This document shows positions 9,881-18,848 of a stretch of DNA of 64,000 nt, in pieces. Origin of the DNA: Rhodothermales bacterium (GTDB lineage: Bacteria > Bacteroidota > Rhodothermia > Rhodothermales > Bin80); the NCBI GenBank assembly GCA_958296045.1, contig CATQHT010000001.1, forward strand, positions 885,102 through 949,101, in the 5' to 3' direction. Positions within the stretch are counted from its first letter, which is position 1. The number at the start of each line of letters is the position of its first letter. The translations under genes were made by a program, and so were the position numbers. The notes under the pieces are model-generated. The model was given only the letters and a program-made list of their open reading frames with translations, searched no databases and had not been told where the DNA came from.

Positions 9881-10341
9881 GACCGCAAAGCCGTGAATTA
9901 GTTGATAGCGCCTAAGGTAGGAACCGGGCTAATACCGGGGCGCGTGACAATGTCGCGGGGTTGCCAGCTATACCCTGCCCCATTCGTGGCAGAACATCTA
10001 CCATAGGTGCGTCAGGCTCAGTCCGAGCATTACGACGTTAAAAGCATAACACAAGAAACATCCGCCCACAAGAGGGGCAGTCTGGATGGCATTGGTTACT
10101 CGTGACGCCAAATTGAGTGTCTCGCGTGACGGCACATGGTCCCTGCGGTATGCACATGCTGTGTCCCCTTCCGTGACATGGCCCCCAAGACTTTGGTGCG
10201 CGTTGAAGCGCACACGCTGCACTCTGAGCACCGCTGGCTCCATCTGAGCCCCTTGGATGCGCGGATCCGCAACGGTTTGCCCCCTTCTGTATGGACAGGC
10301 AGGGCTATAATGTACATGCTCACCTTCTTGACTCAGCCCCT

Positions 10342-11382
10342 ATGAGCCTGAATTTTGATCAGGTCCGCCAGTGGCGGCCGCCGACCTCGACCATCATCGC
10401 CATAGACGCGCACACCGAAGGAGAGCCACTCCGGGTCATTATTGGTGGATTTCCCAAGCCAGCCGGCGCTACGATCCTGGAACAGCGTCAGACTTTGCGC
10501 GAGCATCACGATGCTCTTCGTACCGCGCTCATGTGGGAGCCACGTGGCCATGCAGACATGTATGGCTGCCTTATCACACCGCCCGAAAGTGAGGAAGCTG
10601 ATTTCGGCGTGTTGTTTATGCACAATGAGGGGTACAGCACCATGTGCGGCCACGGCATTATTGCCGTCACGAAGGTGGCCCTCGAGGCGGGCCTGCTTCC
10701 CAAGCGAGCCCCGCTCACCACGGTACGCATCGACACACCTGCCGGTCTGGTGACAGCGCATGCACGCATCGAAGGAGGTCAGGTCGGTGCCGTACGTTTC
10801 CTGAATGTGCCGTCCTTCGTCTACGCATTGGACCAGATCGTTTATGTCCCCGGCATTGGGAAACTCAGGTACGATGTAGCGTATGGCGGCGCCTTCTATG
10901 CCTACATCCACGCAGCAGAGGCTGGTGTGGAATGTGTGCCCGCGCGCTTCGCAGACCTCGTGCGGACCGGAATGGCCATCAAGCGTGCTATCATGGCCGA
11001 TACCACCATTGCCCATCCCTTTCAGCCAGACCTTGGGTTCTTATATGGGACGATCTTTATCGACAAAGCGCGTCACACGGGCAGTCACAGTCGCAATGTG
11101 TGCATCTTTGCTGAGGGCGAGGTGGATCGCAGCCCTACCGGGACGGGAGTGAGCGGTCGTGTCGCATTGTCTCATGCACGTGGCGAGATTGACCTAGGCG
11201 AGTCCATCACGATCGAGAGCATCATCGGCACCCGGTTCCGCGTGTCTGCGACACGGACCACGAACTTTGGCCCCTACCCTGCCATCATTCCCGAGGTCGA
11301 AGGGCGTGCCTACATTACCGGGCGCCACGCCTTCTGGATGGACCCCGACGACCCGCTGCGCACCGGGTTTATATTGCGCTGA
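10342..11382 (+). CDS. proline racemase-family enzyme, predicted trans-3-hydroxy-L-proline dehydratase
   Basis: Family motifs AIDAHTEGEPLRV and STMCGHG (first catalytic Cys). The second catalytic position reads DRSPTGTG, with Thr where epimerases/racemases have Cys. Confidence 0.75.
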   Translation: MSLNFDQVRQWRPPTSTIIAIDAHTEGEPLRVIIGGFPKPAGATILEQRQTLREHHDALRTALMWEPRGHADMYGCLITPPESEEADFGVLFMHNEGYSTMCGHGIIAVTKVALEAGLLPKRAPLTTVRIDTPAGLVTAHARIEGGQVGAVRFLNVPSFVYALDQIVYVPGIGKLRYDVAYGGAFYAYIHAAEAGVECVPARFADLVRTGMAIKRAIMADTTIAHPFQPDLGFLYGTIFIDKARHTGSHSRNVCIFAEGEVDRSPTGTGVSGRVALSHARGEIDLGESITIESIIGTRFRVSATRTTNFGPYPAIIPEVEGRAYITGRHAFWMDPDDPLRTGFILR

Positions 11383-11403
11383 CATACAACTCATTTAGCA
11401 ATC

Positions 11404-12390
11404 ATGCCAACGCTGCGAATTCTCTCAGCCGATGACATCCGCCAGGCCGTCACGATGCCAGACGCCATCAGGCTGATGCGCGAAGCTTTCATTGCGCTCT
11501 CGACCGGGCGGATGTATGTGCCGGTTCGCATGAATATGACGCTGTCCGAGCATGGTGAAGGACGGGTGCTCTTCATGCCGGTGTATTCGCCCAGCCACCA
11601 TCAGGTGGCTCAAAAGGTTGTGGCCGTGCATCCCGAGAATGCTCATCGGAATCTACCGTTCATCCACGCGCTTGTGCTCCTCATCGACGCGGCAACCGGC
11701 CGGTTTTTGGCCGTCATGGACGGAGAATTCATCACCGCCCTGCGCACGGGTGCCGGGGCAGGCTTAGCTACCGATCTTCTTGCTGCTCCCGATGCTTCCA
11801 CGTTGGCCATTTTCGGTGCTGGCGTGCAAGCACGCACACAACTTGCCGCCGTCCTGGCTGTGCGCTCCCTCCAGAAGGTTATTGTCTTTGGCCGAACGCC
11901 TGAGCGCGCTGCCGAATTCGCGCAGGAAGCCTCAGCGGCTTACGGCCTGGAGGTGTCCGTGGCTCGCTTTCCAGAGGAGCTTGCTGAAGCGGAAGTGATT
12001 TGCACGGCAACGACCTCTCTGATGCCGGTGTTTGACGATGCGCATGTGCGGTCGGGTGCCCATATCAATGGCATTGGTTCCTACAGGCCTGACATGACCG
12101 AGATTCCCAGCGACACTGTTTGTCGGGCTCGGGTCTTTGTCGACCAGCGCAAGGCGGCGCTGCAGGAGGCAGGAGACCTTGCGGTGCCCATCCGCCGGGG
12201 GCTCATTGATGCTAGGCACATTCGCGCGGAGCTGGGCGAGGTAGCACTGGGCACTGCGGTAGGGAGGCGTTCACCGGAAGACGTAACATTTTTCAAGTCC
12301 GTAGGGAATGCAGCACAAGACCTGGTCGTTGCGAGTCGCGCGTTTGATCTAGCCTGCAAACGTGGGTTGGGTACCGTGGCCACCGTATAG
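11404..12390 (+). CDS. ornithine cyclodeaminase/mu-crystallin family protein, probable delta1-pyrroline-2-carboxylate reductase
   Basis: OCD-family motifs (FITALRTGAGAGLATDLLA, Rossmann IFGAGVQA). It is adjacent to, and co-oriented with, the predicted T3LHyp dehydratase. Confidence 0.7.
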   Translation: MPTLRILSADDIRQAVTMPDAIRLMREAFIALSTGRMYVPVRMNMTLSEHGEGRVLFMPVYSPSHHQVAQKVVAVHPENAHRNLPFIHALVLLIDAATGRFLAVMDGEFITALRTGAGAGLATDLLAAPDASTLAIFGAGVQARTQLAAVLAVRSLQKVIVFGRTPERAAEFAQEASAAYGLEVSVARFPEELAEAEVICTATTSLMPVFDDAHVRSGAHINGIGSYRPDMTEIPSDTVCRARVFVDQRKAALQEAGDLAVPIRRGLIDARHIRAELGEVALGTAVGRRSPEDVTFFKSVGNAAQDLVVASRAFDLACKRGLGTVATV

Positions 12391-12496
12391 CCCAATCGAC
12401 AGGTTAACTTCTGGAATGCTCCAGCGAATGCCTAGCGGTCCCTGCTTTTTGGGTGATGGGTGCTTCTGTCAGGTTGAAGTGGCAGGAAAGGAAAAA

Positions 12497-14644
12497 TCAG
12501 CTGCTAATGGCCAGATCAGTGCCTAATTCCGTCTCTAACTCGGCAAGGAATTCGGACTTTTTGCCGTAGCCCGTCACCAGCAGCGATTTCTTGGCACGTG
12601 TCGCCACGACATACAAGAGTGAGCGCTCTTGCTTCCTTACGTGGCTCCTTGCAACTTTATCCAGGCTGGATTCTGACTGTCTGAGCGGCATCTGTCCGCT
12701 CCGTACCCCTGCCGCGATAACATGGTGATACTCTAGCCCTTTAACGCGGTGCATGGTGCCGATACGCACTCCCGGCTGAGTGATGTTGTCCGCCCCTTTT
12801 CCCAAGACATAAGTCGGTATCCCTGCCTTCTCGAGGCCCTCCTTGTACCGCCTTCGCAAACTATAGAGGCGGGCCACCAGGCAGACCGTGTGGAGATTGG
12901 CCCCGCATCCCAGTGACTTTATATGGTCAATGATGGCCGCTAATTCATCATCACGTGTTTCCAAATGGAGTACCTTCGGCTGCGTACCCCTGATTACTGA
13001 TCGCTCTCCTGTCTGACTGTTGTCCCCGCCATCCAGATCATCATATGCTTCGCCGCGCAGGACTGCAGTTGCCCATTTGCGTACCTCTTCTGGCGTACGA
13101 TAGTTTAGACGGAGCCTGCGTCCCCGGCCCATGATATTTATGCCAGCGTGGCTGAGCACCACTGGACGCCCGTATATGCGCTGATGCGGGTCTCCCACGA
13201 CGAACAGATCGTTGGGTCCTTCTGGAACGATAGCGCGAATGAGCTGCAAGGCGGCCCGGCCCATGTCTTGCACTTCATCTACCAGAACTGAGCGATACTG
13301 GCCGACGCTTTTTCCATCCTTAATGTATGCTGTTAGCTTACGATAAATGTCCTGCGACTCCAGAAGGGTTTTTGCCTTCAATGCTTCCTGAAAGTAGCCA
13401 AAGCAGTGCCACAATAGCCTGCGCTGAACCTGACCTAGCCGTGAGCCGCGCCCGGCTCGGCTGACTTTAAGGTACTCCTGCTCGGTGGTGATGCCGTTGT
13501 GCACGATCACAGCATAGTATTCGTCCTTGAGCCAAGCAGATTTCCAAGGAGCGTGCGCAGGAAGCTCAGCCCGAGCTTGATCCCACGCTTTTCTCGCAAA
13601 GCCTCTGTCTCGATAGATGGGCGTAAAAGACTCACCCATCTTGTAAAGGTGCCTGATGGCCCAGCCGTCAATGGTCTTTACATCAATGCGGGTGAGCTCT
13701 TCGGGTGTACAGATCTTGCAGAGTTGTTTCTGAATGTCTGCCGCAAGATTCGTGTTGTACGTCAGCAACAGTATCCGATCTCTGGGGCCTGCAAATATCT
13801 TTCGCGCAAGCCACCTAGCGCGATGCATGGCTACCACCGTCTTGCCGGTGCCCGCGCCACCGAGAACCCGTACCGGTCCGCTTACATTCATTTCAACTAG
13901 CCGTCGCTGCTCTGGGTGCAAGAACACACGCCATGTCTCAAGGGTACCCTCTAATGCCTCTGCGACAATCTCGTCGTTGATGCGGACAAACAGACGTTTG
14001 GTCGAAGGAAGTGCAAGTGCGGATTCCACATCTTCTGTGTCAACCTTCTTCTTGGGTACCTCTATATTTCGCTCGACTTGGGCGTAGGAGATATCCGGGT
14101 CCGCCAATAGAACAAGGTGTTCATAACAGTCGGCTGGTAAATCCTCTTTGTGCGCGTCAAGGTCGTCCACGTCCGCCAGCGATTTAACGAGTGGCAGCAG
14201 CTTCTCGGGCACCCCGATGCGTCGGAGCTGCCGGTTGCGGTAGCTATGGAAGAGGAGCTTGCGGTCCTCCTTAGGAGGATGTTCCTCTGGTTGCACACTC
14301 CGCACCACCGGATTCTTAACGACCTGAAGGGTGCCGGTGTCTGGGTGTATGTGGGCGCTGTGGCGTCTTGCCCAGTCATAGGCCTCATCGTGATTGTCAA
14401 CCCACAATGCAAGAATCGTGTTACCCTTTGCAGGCATCTGCAGGATAGCGCGATACTTGTCCGAGATCCTCACTGAGCGCAGCCGATTGTGCGAGGCGTT
14501 GGCAATTTTCTCGAAGTTGTAGCCGCTCTTCTTGGGATTTGCGGGGTACGTCTTCAAGAACTTTTCGACTCGCCTCCCAACCGAATTGTCTAGGTTCCTG
14601 AAGCACCTAAGGAAGTCAAAGCTGAGACTGATGGCAACCTGCAT
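12497..14644 (-). CDS. SF1 UvrD/REP-like helicase with RelE/ParE-like N-terminal domain
   Basis: Walker A GGAGTGKTVVAMHRARWLA, motif II DEVQDMG, C-terminal YVVATRAKKSLLVTGYG. The N-terminal ~95 aa (..VEKFLKTYPANPKKSGYNFEKI..LRSVRISDKYRAIL..ILALWVDNHDEAY) resembles RelE/ParE-fold toxins. Start taken at ATG 14644; a TTG lies at 14650. Confidence 0.8.
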   Translation of the reverse strand: MQVAISLSFDFLRCFRNLDNSVGRRVEKFLKTYPANPKKSGYNFEKIANASHNRLRSVRISDKYRAILQMPAKGNTILALWVDNHDEAYDWARRHSAHIHPDTGTLQVVKNPVVRSVQPEEHPPKEDRKLLFHSYRNRQLRRIGVPEKLLPLVKSLADVDDLDAHKEDLPADCYEHLVLLADPDISYAQVERNIEVPKKKVDTEDVESALALPSTKRLFVRINDEIVAEALEGTLETWRVFLHPEQRRLVEMNVSGPVRVLGGAGTGKTVVAMHRARWLARKIFAGPRDRILLLTYNTNLAADIQKQLCKICTPEELTRIDVKTIDGWAIRHLYKMGESFTPIYRDRGFARKAWDQARAELPAHAPWKSAWLKDEYYAVIVHNGITTEQEYLKVSRAGRGSRLGQVQRRLLWHCFGYFQEALKAKTLLESQDIYRKLTAYIKDGKSVGQYRSVLVDEVQDMGRAALQLIRAIVPEGPNDLFVVGDPHQRIYGRPVVLSHAGINIMGRGRRLRLNYRTPEEVRKWATAVLRGEAYDDLDGGDNSQTGERSVIRGTQPKVLHLETRDDELAAIIDHIKSLGCGANLHTVCLVARLYSLRRRYKEGLEKAGIPTYVLGKGADNITQPGVRIGTMHRVKGLEYHHVIAAGVRSGQMPLRQSESSLDKVARSHVRKQERSLLYVVATRAKKSLLVTGYGKKSEFLAELETELGTDLAISS

Positions 14645-15946
14645 CGTCAATCGTGTGTCTTGTCGGGTCTTGTTTGCTGATCAAACTGATGCCCATATCC
14701 AGCGGCGCACGCGCATGGCGGTGCGGGGTCCAGACGTTGCGCATTGCCTTGCACATGCCGTGATCTTTGGTGCCGGTCAGGCACAATAGCTCACTGCGAA
14801 AACGTAGTGAGCACGCTGTTCCGTTACATCGGCTGCGAAAGATAACCAAGGCGCGCGTAATCGGTAGCACAGCGGCGCTTGCGCTGGTCCCCGGACGAGC
14901 CCGCGGGGCCTGACAGCTTCTTTGCGCTGGCTGTGTCTGTACTGTCGCACTTCCGCGGACAAAAGAGCGAATTCCTGAACAGGACGGGGAACGTATGTAG
15001 CTAGCTCGACTTTGTCACTTGTAGTGAAGTGAGAGGTCGGACCTCCTCTGTCCCGTTTTGGGGGCGTTTTTCCGGGTGCTATGGAGCCTCGCTGATTACC
15101 GGAGCGGTCGGTGGTGGCTTAGGGGGTGTTCGCCCGTGTCTTGCGTGTCCATCCTCGCGGTGGCGCCCTTACATCGGGCTTCATCTGTCCGAATCGGACA
15201 CAGCTCACGCTACTCCTTCTGGAGTGGGTACGGGTGGCAAGCATGGGGAGCGTCACAGGATTCATGGGTCAGGAGGTTTTTCCAGATCGCTCGGCTCACC
15301 GGAGTATTCCTCCTTGCTTCTGGTCGCAGCGGGATCGTAGCTCGTGCTTGTCAGAGAATAGGGCATTTTGGGCCTCTGCCTGGCTGAAGTAAGGTTGGGG
15401 ACACGCTGGGGGCCCGAAAGGGACGCTGTGAGCGATGGGAAGGGTACCAGAAGCGCTGCGCGGCCATTTCTGACCCTCAACCGGGCTTCGTTAGCTCCTG
15501 GCGGCGCAGTGTGGATACAGCTTACCCGTCGCGGGTTTGTCGGAGACAGAAAAAGAAGGGCTCAGCCGAAGATGGAGCGGGCGAGCCTTAAGTGGCCTTC
15601 GCGCGAGCGGCGTGCCAGGCTCGTCGTTTCGCTTCTTTTTTCCTGACCACTTTGCCTAGCCTGAATTTCCACGGCGGTGCGATTTTGTGAATGTCAGCGG
15701 CAAGCCACGATGTGGCGCATCGCAGCTGCAGTTCTTCGGTTATGGGGCGTGAAGGCTTGTGCTAGTACGAATTCTGTGTCGGCGGCTGCTTCGTAGTGAG
15801 TTCAAGCGAGGAAGCGCTCCGAGACCTGGGGAAGTTGATGACCGTTGAAGCTACCGCTGGTATATATAGATTGCTGTGCTCTACTCATTGTTGCGCGAAC
15901 GCAGTCTTAGCTTAGTGTCCAACGACAACTAGAATTGAGACCAGCG

Positions 15947-17665
15947 CTACGACTCCACGAATACCGTGAGAACATCTATGCCCTGGTACTTCCGATGGTG
16001 CACACGCGTCGCGTAGTGACGCAAGAGGCGTAGCGATATGGTATCGCCGGTGCCGGTTTCGGAAAGCTGGTCCAAGATGGACAGAATATCTTCAAGGTTA
16101 TCACCATCCAACTGGACCACAAACTCGAGCTCCACTCCCTGGCGCATCGGAGTGGCATAGAGGATCAGGCGCGACACCTTCTCTCCTCGTTCGCGATGCA
16201 AACCCATGATGCACCAGAGTGCTTCCTCTCCCGCAGCGTCGAGCCTAGTCGCTGCTGCCTCCTCCCACTTCAGCTCCTTAGCCAAGTCCGCCAGCAACGT
16301 TCGAACCGAGCGAAACGCCATCAGGTTGAGTACGGCCACCAGATGCTTTGGCCTCCGTGATACCACTCTCGAGATCGTCGCTAGGATCAGGAAGACTACC
16401 GTGCCACTGGACAGGCTATTGCTCAGAATCAGATTCCATGGGTAACCAGCGGCCACAGAGAGAGCTGGCCATGCCTGCATCACTGCTCCGGTAACAATAG
16501 CGACGACGACAGTGAACAGCAGCGATCCGGTCCATTTCGCACGCCTGAATAGGCTGAGGCCGTCCAAGACCAATCGGACTGATGCCAGAATTAGGCAGGT
16601 CCCCATCACTGGAAGCGGTAAAGTAAGCAGTAGACCAGTGATCTTGGGAAAGAATGCGACGCACACGAACAGCGCGCTAAGAATAGGACTTGGCCTGAAT
16701 CCGGTCTTTTGGTTAAGCCTGCCAGCGGAACGGCTAAGACCACTGTATGTCGTAGTTGGTACCGTCAATAACAGTGCAGAGAGCAGCACTCCGATGCCGC
16801 TGGCGTATAAAGAGCCCTGAATCCGGTTGAAATCAAGCGACCGCTCCTCTCTCAGCTTGGCCTCCTGAATCAACGCAGCTCTTCCAGTCAACGCTGCAGC
16901 ATGAACAAAAGCGACCATCACTGTTATGGGTAGCAGCGTCCAGAAGATGGACGGAGACCCGAAGGTCAGCTGTGTATAAGCAGCAGGAGGTAGGCCGAAC
17001 CATGGAAGGTTGACCAACAAAGCTAGGTCAAATTGCCGGAACAGCCCGGCCGCAACACATCCTGCACTGATGGCAATAAACAGCGCGCATGACCGCCATA
17101 GACTAGGGAGCCCCACAAATGAGACTAAGAGCGAGACGGCCATTATCATCGCCACAACAAATCCGCTGCCCTCTTCCGCCTGCGCTGGAACTTGTGGCAA
17201 GAGTTCCACCCCAAACGGAATGACCGAGACTGCGACCAGTATCAACGTCGTCCCCTTTGCCGCTGGCGTGATGATGTGGCGCAGCTTGGGGAGCCAGTGG
17301 GCTACCCCGAAGTATGTGACAGATGCGATGGCCAGCATAAGAGTCCATGTCCCAAGACCACACGTTCTGATAACCAGAATGGAAATAGAAAGGTAGATTG
17401 CAGTCGACCCTACGAATGTGAATTGGCCGCTGCCGAGAAAGCCGAATGTGATCCCGGATATGTATGTGGTGATCCCGATAACGATCAAGCTGGCCGCTAC
17501 CGCCCATACCAGAAACTCATTGCTCAGACCGGCTTCTCTCACGGCAATCGCCAAGAATACCACGGCCATAGCTATGACCACGAAGGAGCCCTGAACGAGC
17601 ATCGCCATGGCTGGCAGCGCGGACTGGTTGGTTCCTAGTCGGAACCTCCTTCTCGCAGTATTCAT
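15947..17665 (-). CDS. multi-pass membrane permease (NCS2/xanthine-uracil-permease-like) with ~130-aa C-terminal cytosolic domain
   Basis: About 12 hydrophobic segments, then a soluble tail (..RLDAAGEEALWCIMGLHRERG..VELEFVVQLDGDNLEDIL..). The family assignment is by general resemblance only. Confidence 0.5.
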   Translation of the reverse strand: MNTARRRFRLGTNQSALPAMAMLVQGSFVVIAMAVVFLAIAVREAGLSNEFLVWAVAASLIVIGITTYISGITFGFLGSGQFTFVGSTAIYLSISILVIRTCGLGTWTLMLAIASVTYFGVAHWLPKLRHIITPAAKGTTLILVAVSVIPFGVELLPQVPAQAEEGSGFVVAMIMAVSLLVSFVGLPSLWRSCALFIAISAGCVAAGLFRQFDLALLVNLPWFGLPPAAYTQLTFGSPSIFWTLLPITVMVAFVHAAALTGRAALIQEAKLREERSLDFNRIQGSLYASGIGVLLSALLLTVPTTTYSGLSRSAGRLNQKTGFRPSPILSALFVCVAFFPKITGLLLTLPLPVMGTCLILASVRLVLDGLSLFRRAKWTGSLLFTVVVAIVTGAVMQAWPALSVAAGYPWNLILSNSLSSGTVVFLILATISRVVSRRPKHLVAVLNLMAFRSVRTLLADLAKELKWEEAAATRLDAAGEEALWCIMGLHRERGEKVSRLILYATPMRQGVELEFVVQLDGDNLEDILSILDQLSETGTGDTISLRLLRHYATRVHHRKYQGIDVLTVFVES

Positions 17666-18132
17666 GCGGAAACAGGAAAGATCTGCGGCAATCTCAGCCG
17701 CGAATGTGCAGTTCCCAGAAAGGCGTGGCCTTCACTGGCGCCACGCAATCCCAGAGGCAACCCAATTTAGTGTTTACCAGCAACAGGGTGATCACGGCCT
17801 CCTTCCGCGTCAGGCTCCGAGCGTGCGTGGCCCGGGCCGCATGGCCGTCCAGTTCGACCCAGAACAGCGGCATTCTGGGGCCCTGATGGTTCCTTGGTGC
17901 AGCCACCTATACGTTTGGCGGTGAGGTAAGAGCGTAGATGTCCCGCCAGTTGTAGGGCTACTACGGGGAGAAGAATGCGCCTGCACTATTTCAGACGAAG
18001 AGGGATCATGAGGTGCTACGCGGCTTGGCATGTCGTGCGCACCGTATCCGTCCGAAAGTCTGCATCTTGACTGGGTGCTTTTGTTGCCCGACCTTGTCGG
18101 AGTTTCTTTCCACCAATCTGGGAGGTCGTTTT

Positions 18133-18453
18133 ATGGCAACGAGAGTCAGGGGCACCTCGGAGGTGATGTTTCCGTTGGTTGCCTGCTATTTGCGTGGTAG
18201 TAAGGGTCTGGACGCATTTTGCCAGGAGCATGGCCTATCGCGTAATCAGCTGACCTATTGGCGCCGGAAGTATGCGGCATCTTCGTCTGGGTCGGAGGTC
18301 GGCGCGTTTGTGGAGGTACCGTCGCCGCAGGCGCGTGAGCGGGTTTTGATGGAGGTCGAGTTTCCAGGCGGCACACGTCTACGCCTGTTCACGCCGGTAT
18401 CGGCGGATTTTCTCGGGTCTGTGCTGCAACGTGTGCGGAGCCCATCATGTTAG
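18133..18453 (+). CDS. tnpA: IS66 orf1 (TnpA-like HTH protein)
   Basis: ATG at 18133 preceded by GGAGG. It occupies the first position of the IS66 three-ORF set and overlaps orf2 by 7 nt. Confidence 0.8.
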   Translation: MATRVRGTSEVMFPLVACYLRGSKGLDAFCQEHGLSRNQLTYWRRKYAASSSGSEVGAFVEVPSPQARERVLMEVEFPGGTRLRLFTPVSADFLGSVLQRVRSPSC

Positions 18454-18794
18454 CGCTGGGGCCGTCGCACCGGTTTCATTATTACCGGGAGCCTACGGAC
18501 ATGCGCAAGGGTTTTGACGGGTTGTGCGGTCTGGTGCGCTCGGGCATGAAGCGTGATCCTCTCTCGGGCGATGTGTTCGTTTTCATCAACCGCCGTCGGA
18601 CACATGCAAAATTCTTGGTGTGGGATCGGAGCGGTTGGGTCGTGTACTACAAGCGTCTCGAGTCGGGTACGTTCGAGCTTCCTTGCAGTGGCACTCCAGA
18701 TTGGGCGCAGATCGTTTGCCTTCTGGAGGGTGTGGCGCTGAATTCTGTTCGTTATCGTCGGCGTTACTCACGGCTGGCAGTGTCGCAGGGATGA
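18447..18794 (+). CDS. tnpB: IS66 Orf2 (TnpB) protein
   Basis: The characteristic sequence TDMRKGFDGLCGLVRSGMKRDPLSGDVFVFINRRRT..LVWDRSGWVVYYKRLESGTF. Confidence 0.9.
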   Translation: MLALGPSHRFHYYREPTDMRKGFDGLCGLVRSGMKRDPLSGDVFVFINRRRTHAKFLVWDRSGWVVYYKRLESGTFELPCSGTPDWAQIVCLLEGVALNSVRYRRRYSRLAVSQG

Positions 18795-18848
18795 AATTTA
18801 TTGTCGTGTGGTATCTTATTTTGGGGAGTTGTGTGCTTAGAGGGCGGT

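Noticed and set aside
15055-15450. A possible tmRNA, because of the GGGGGCG start and the many hairpins
   Set aside because: There is no tRNA-like acceptor/T-arm end (..TCCACCA), no UUCGAC-type 5' motif and no tag reading frame.
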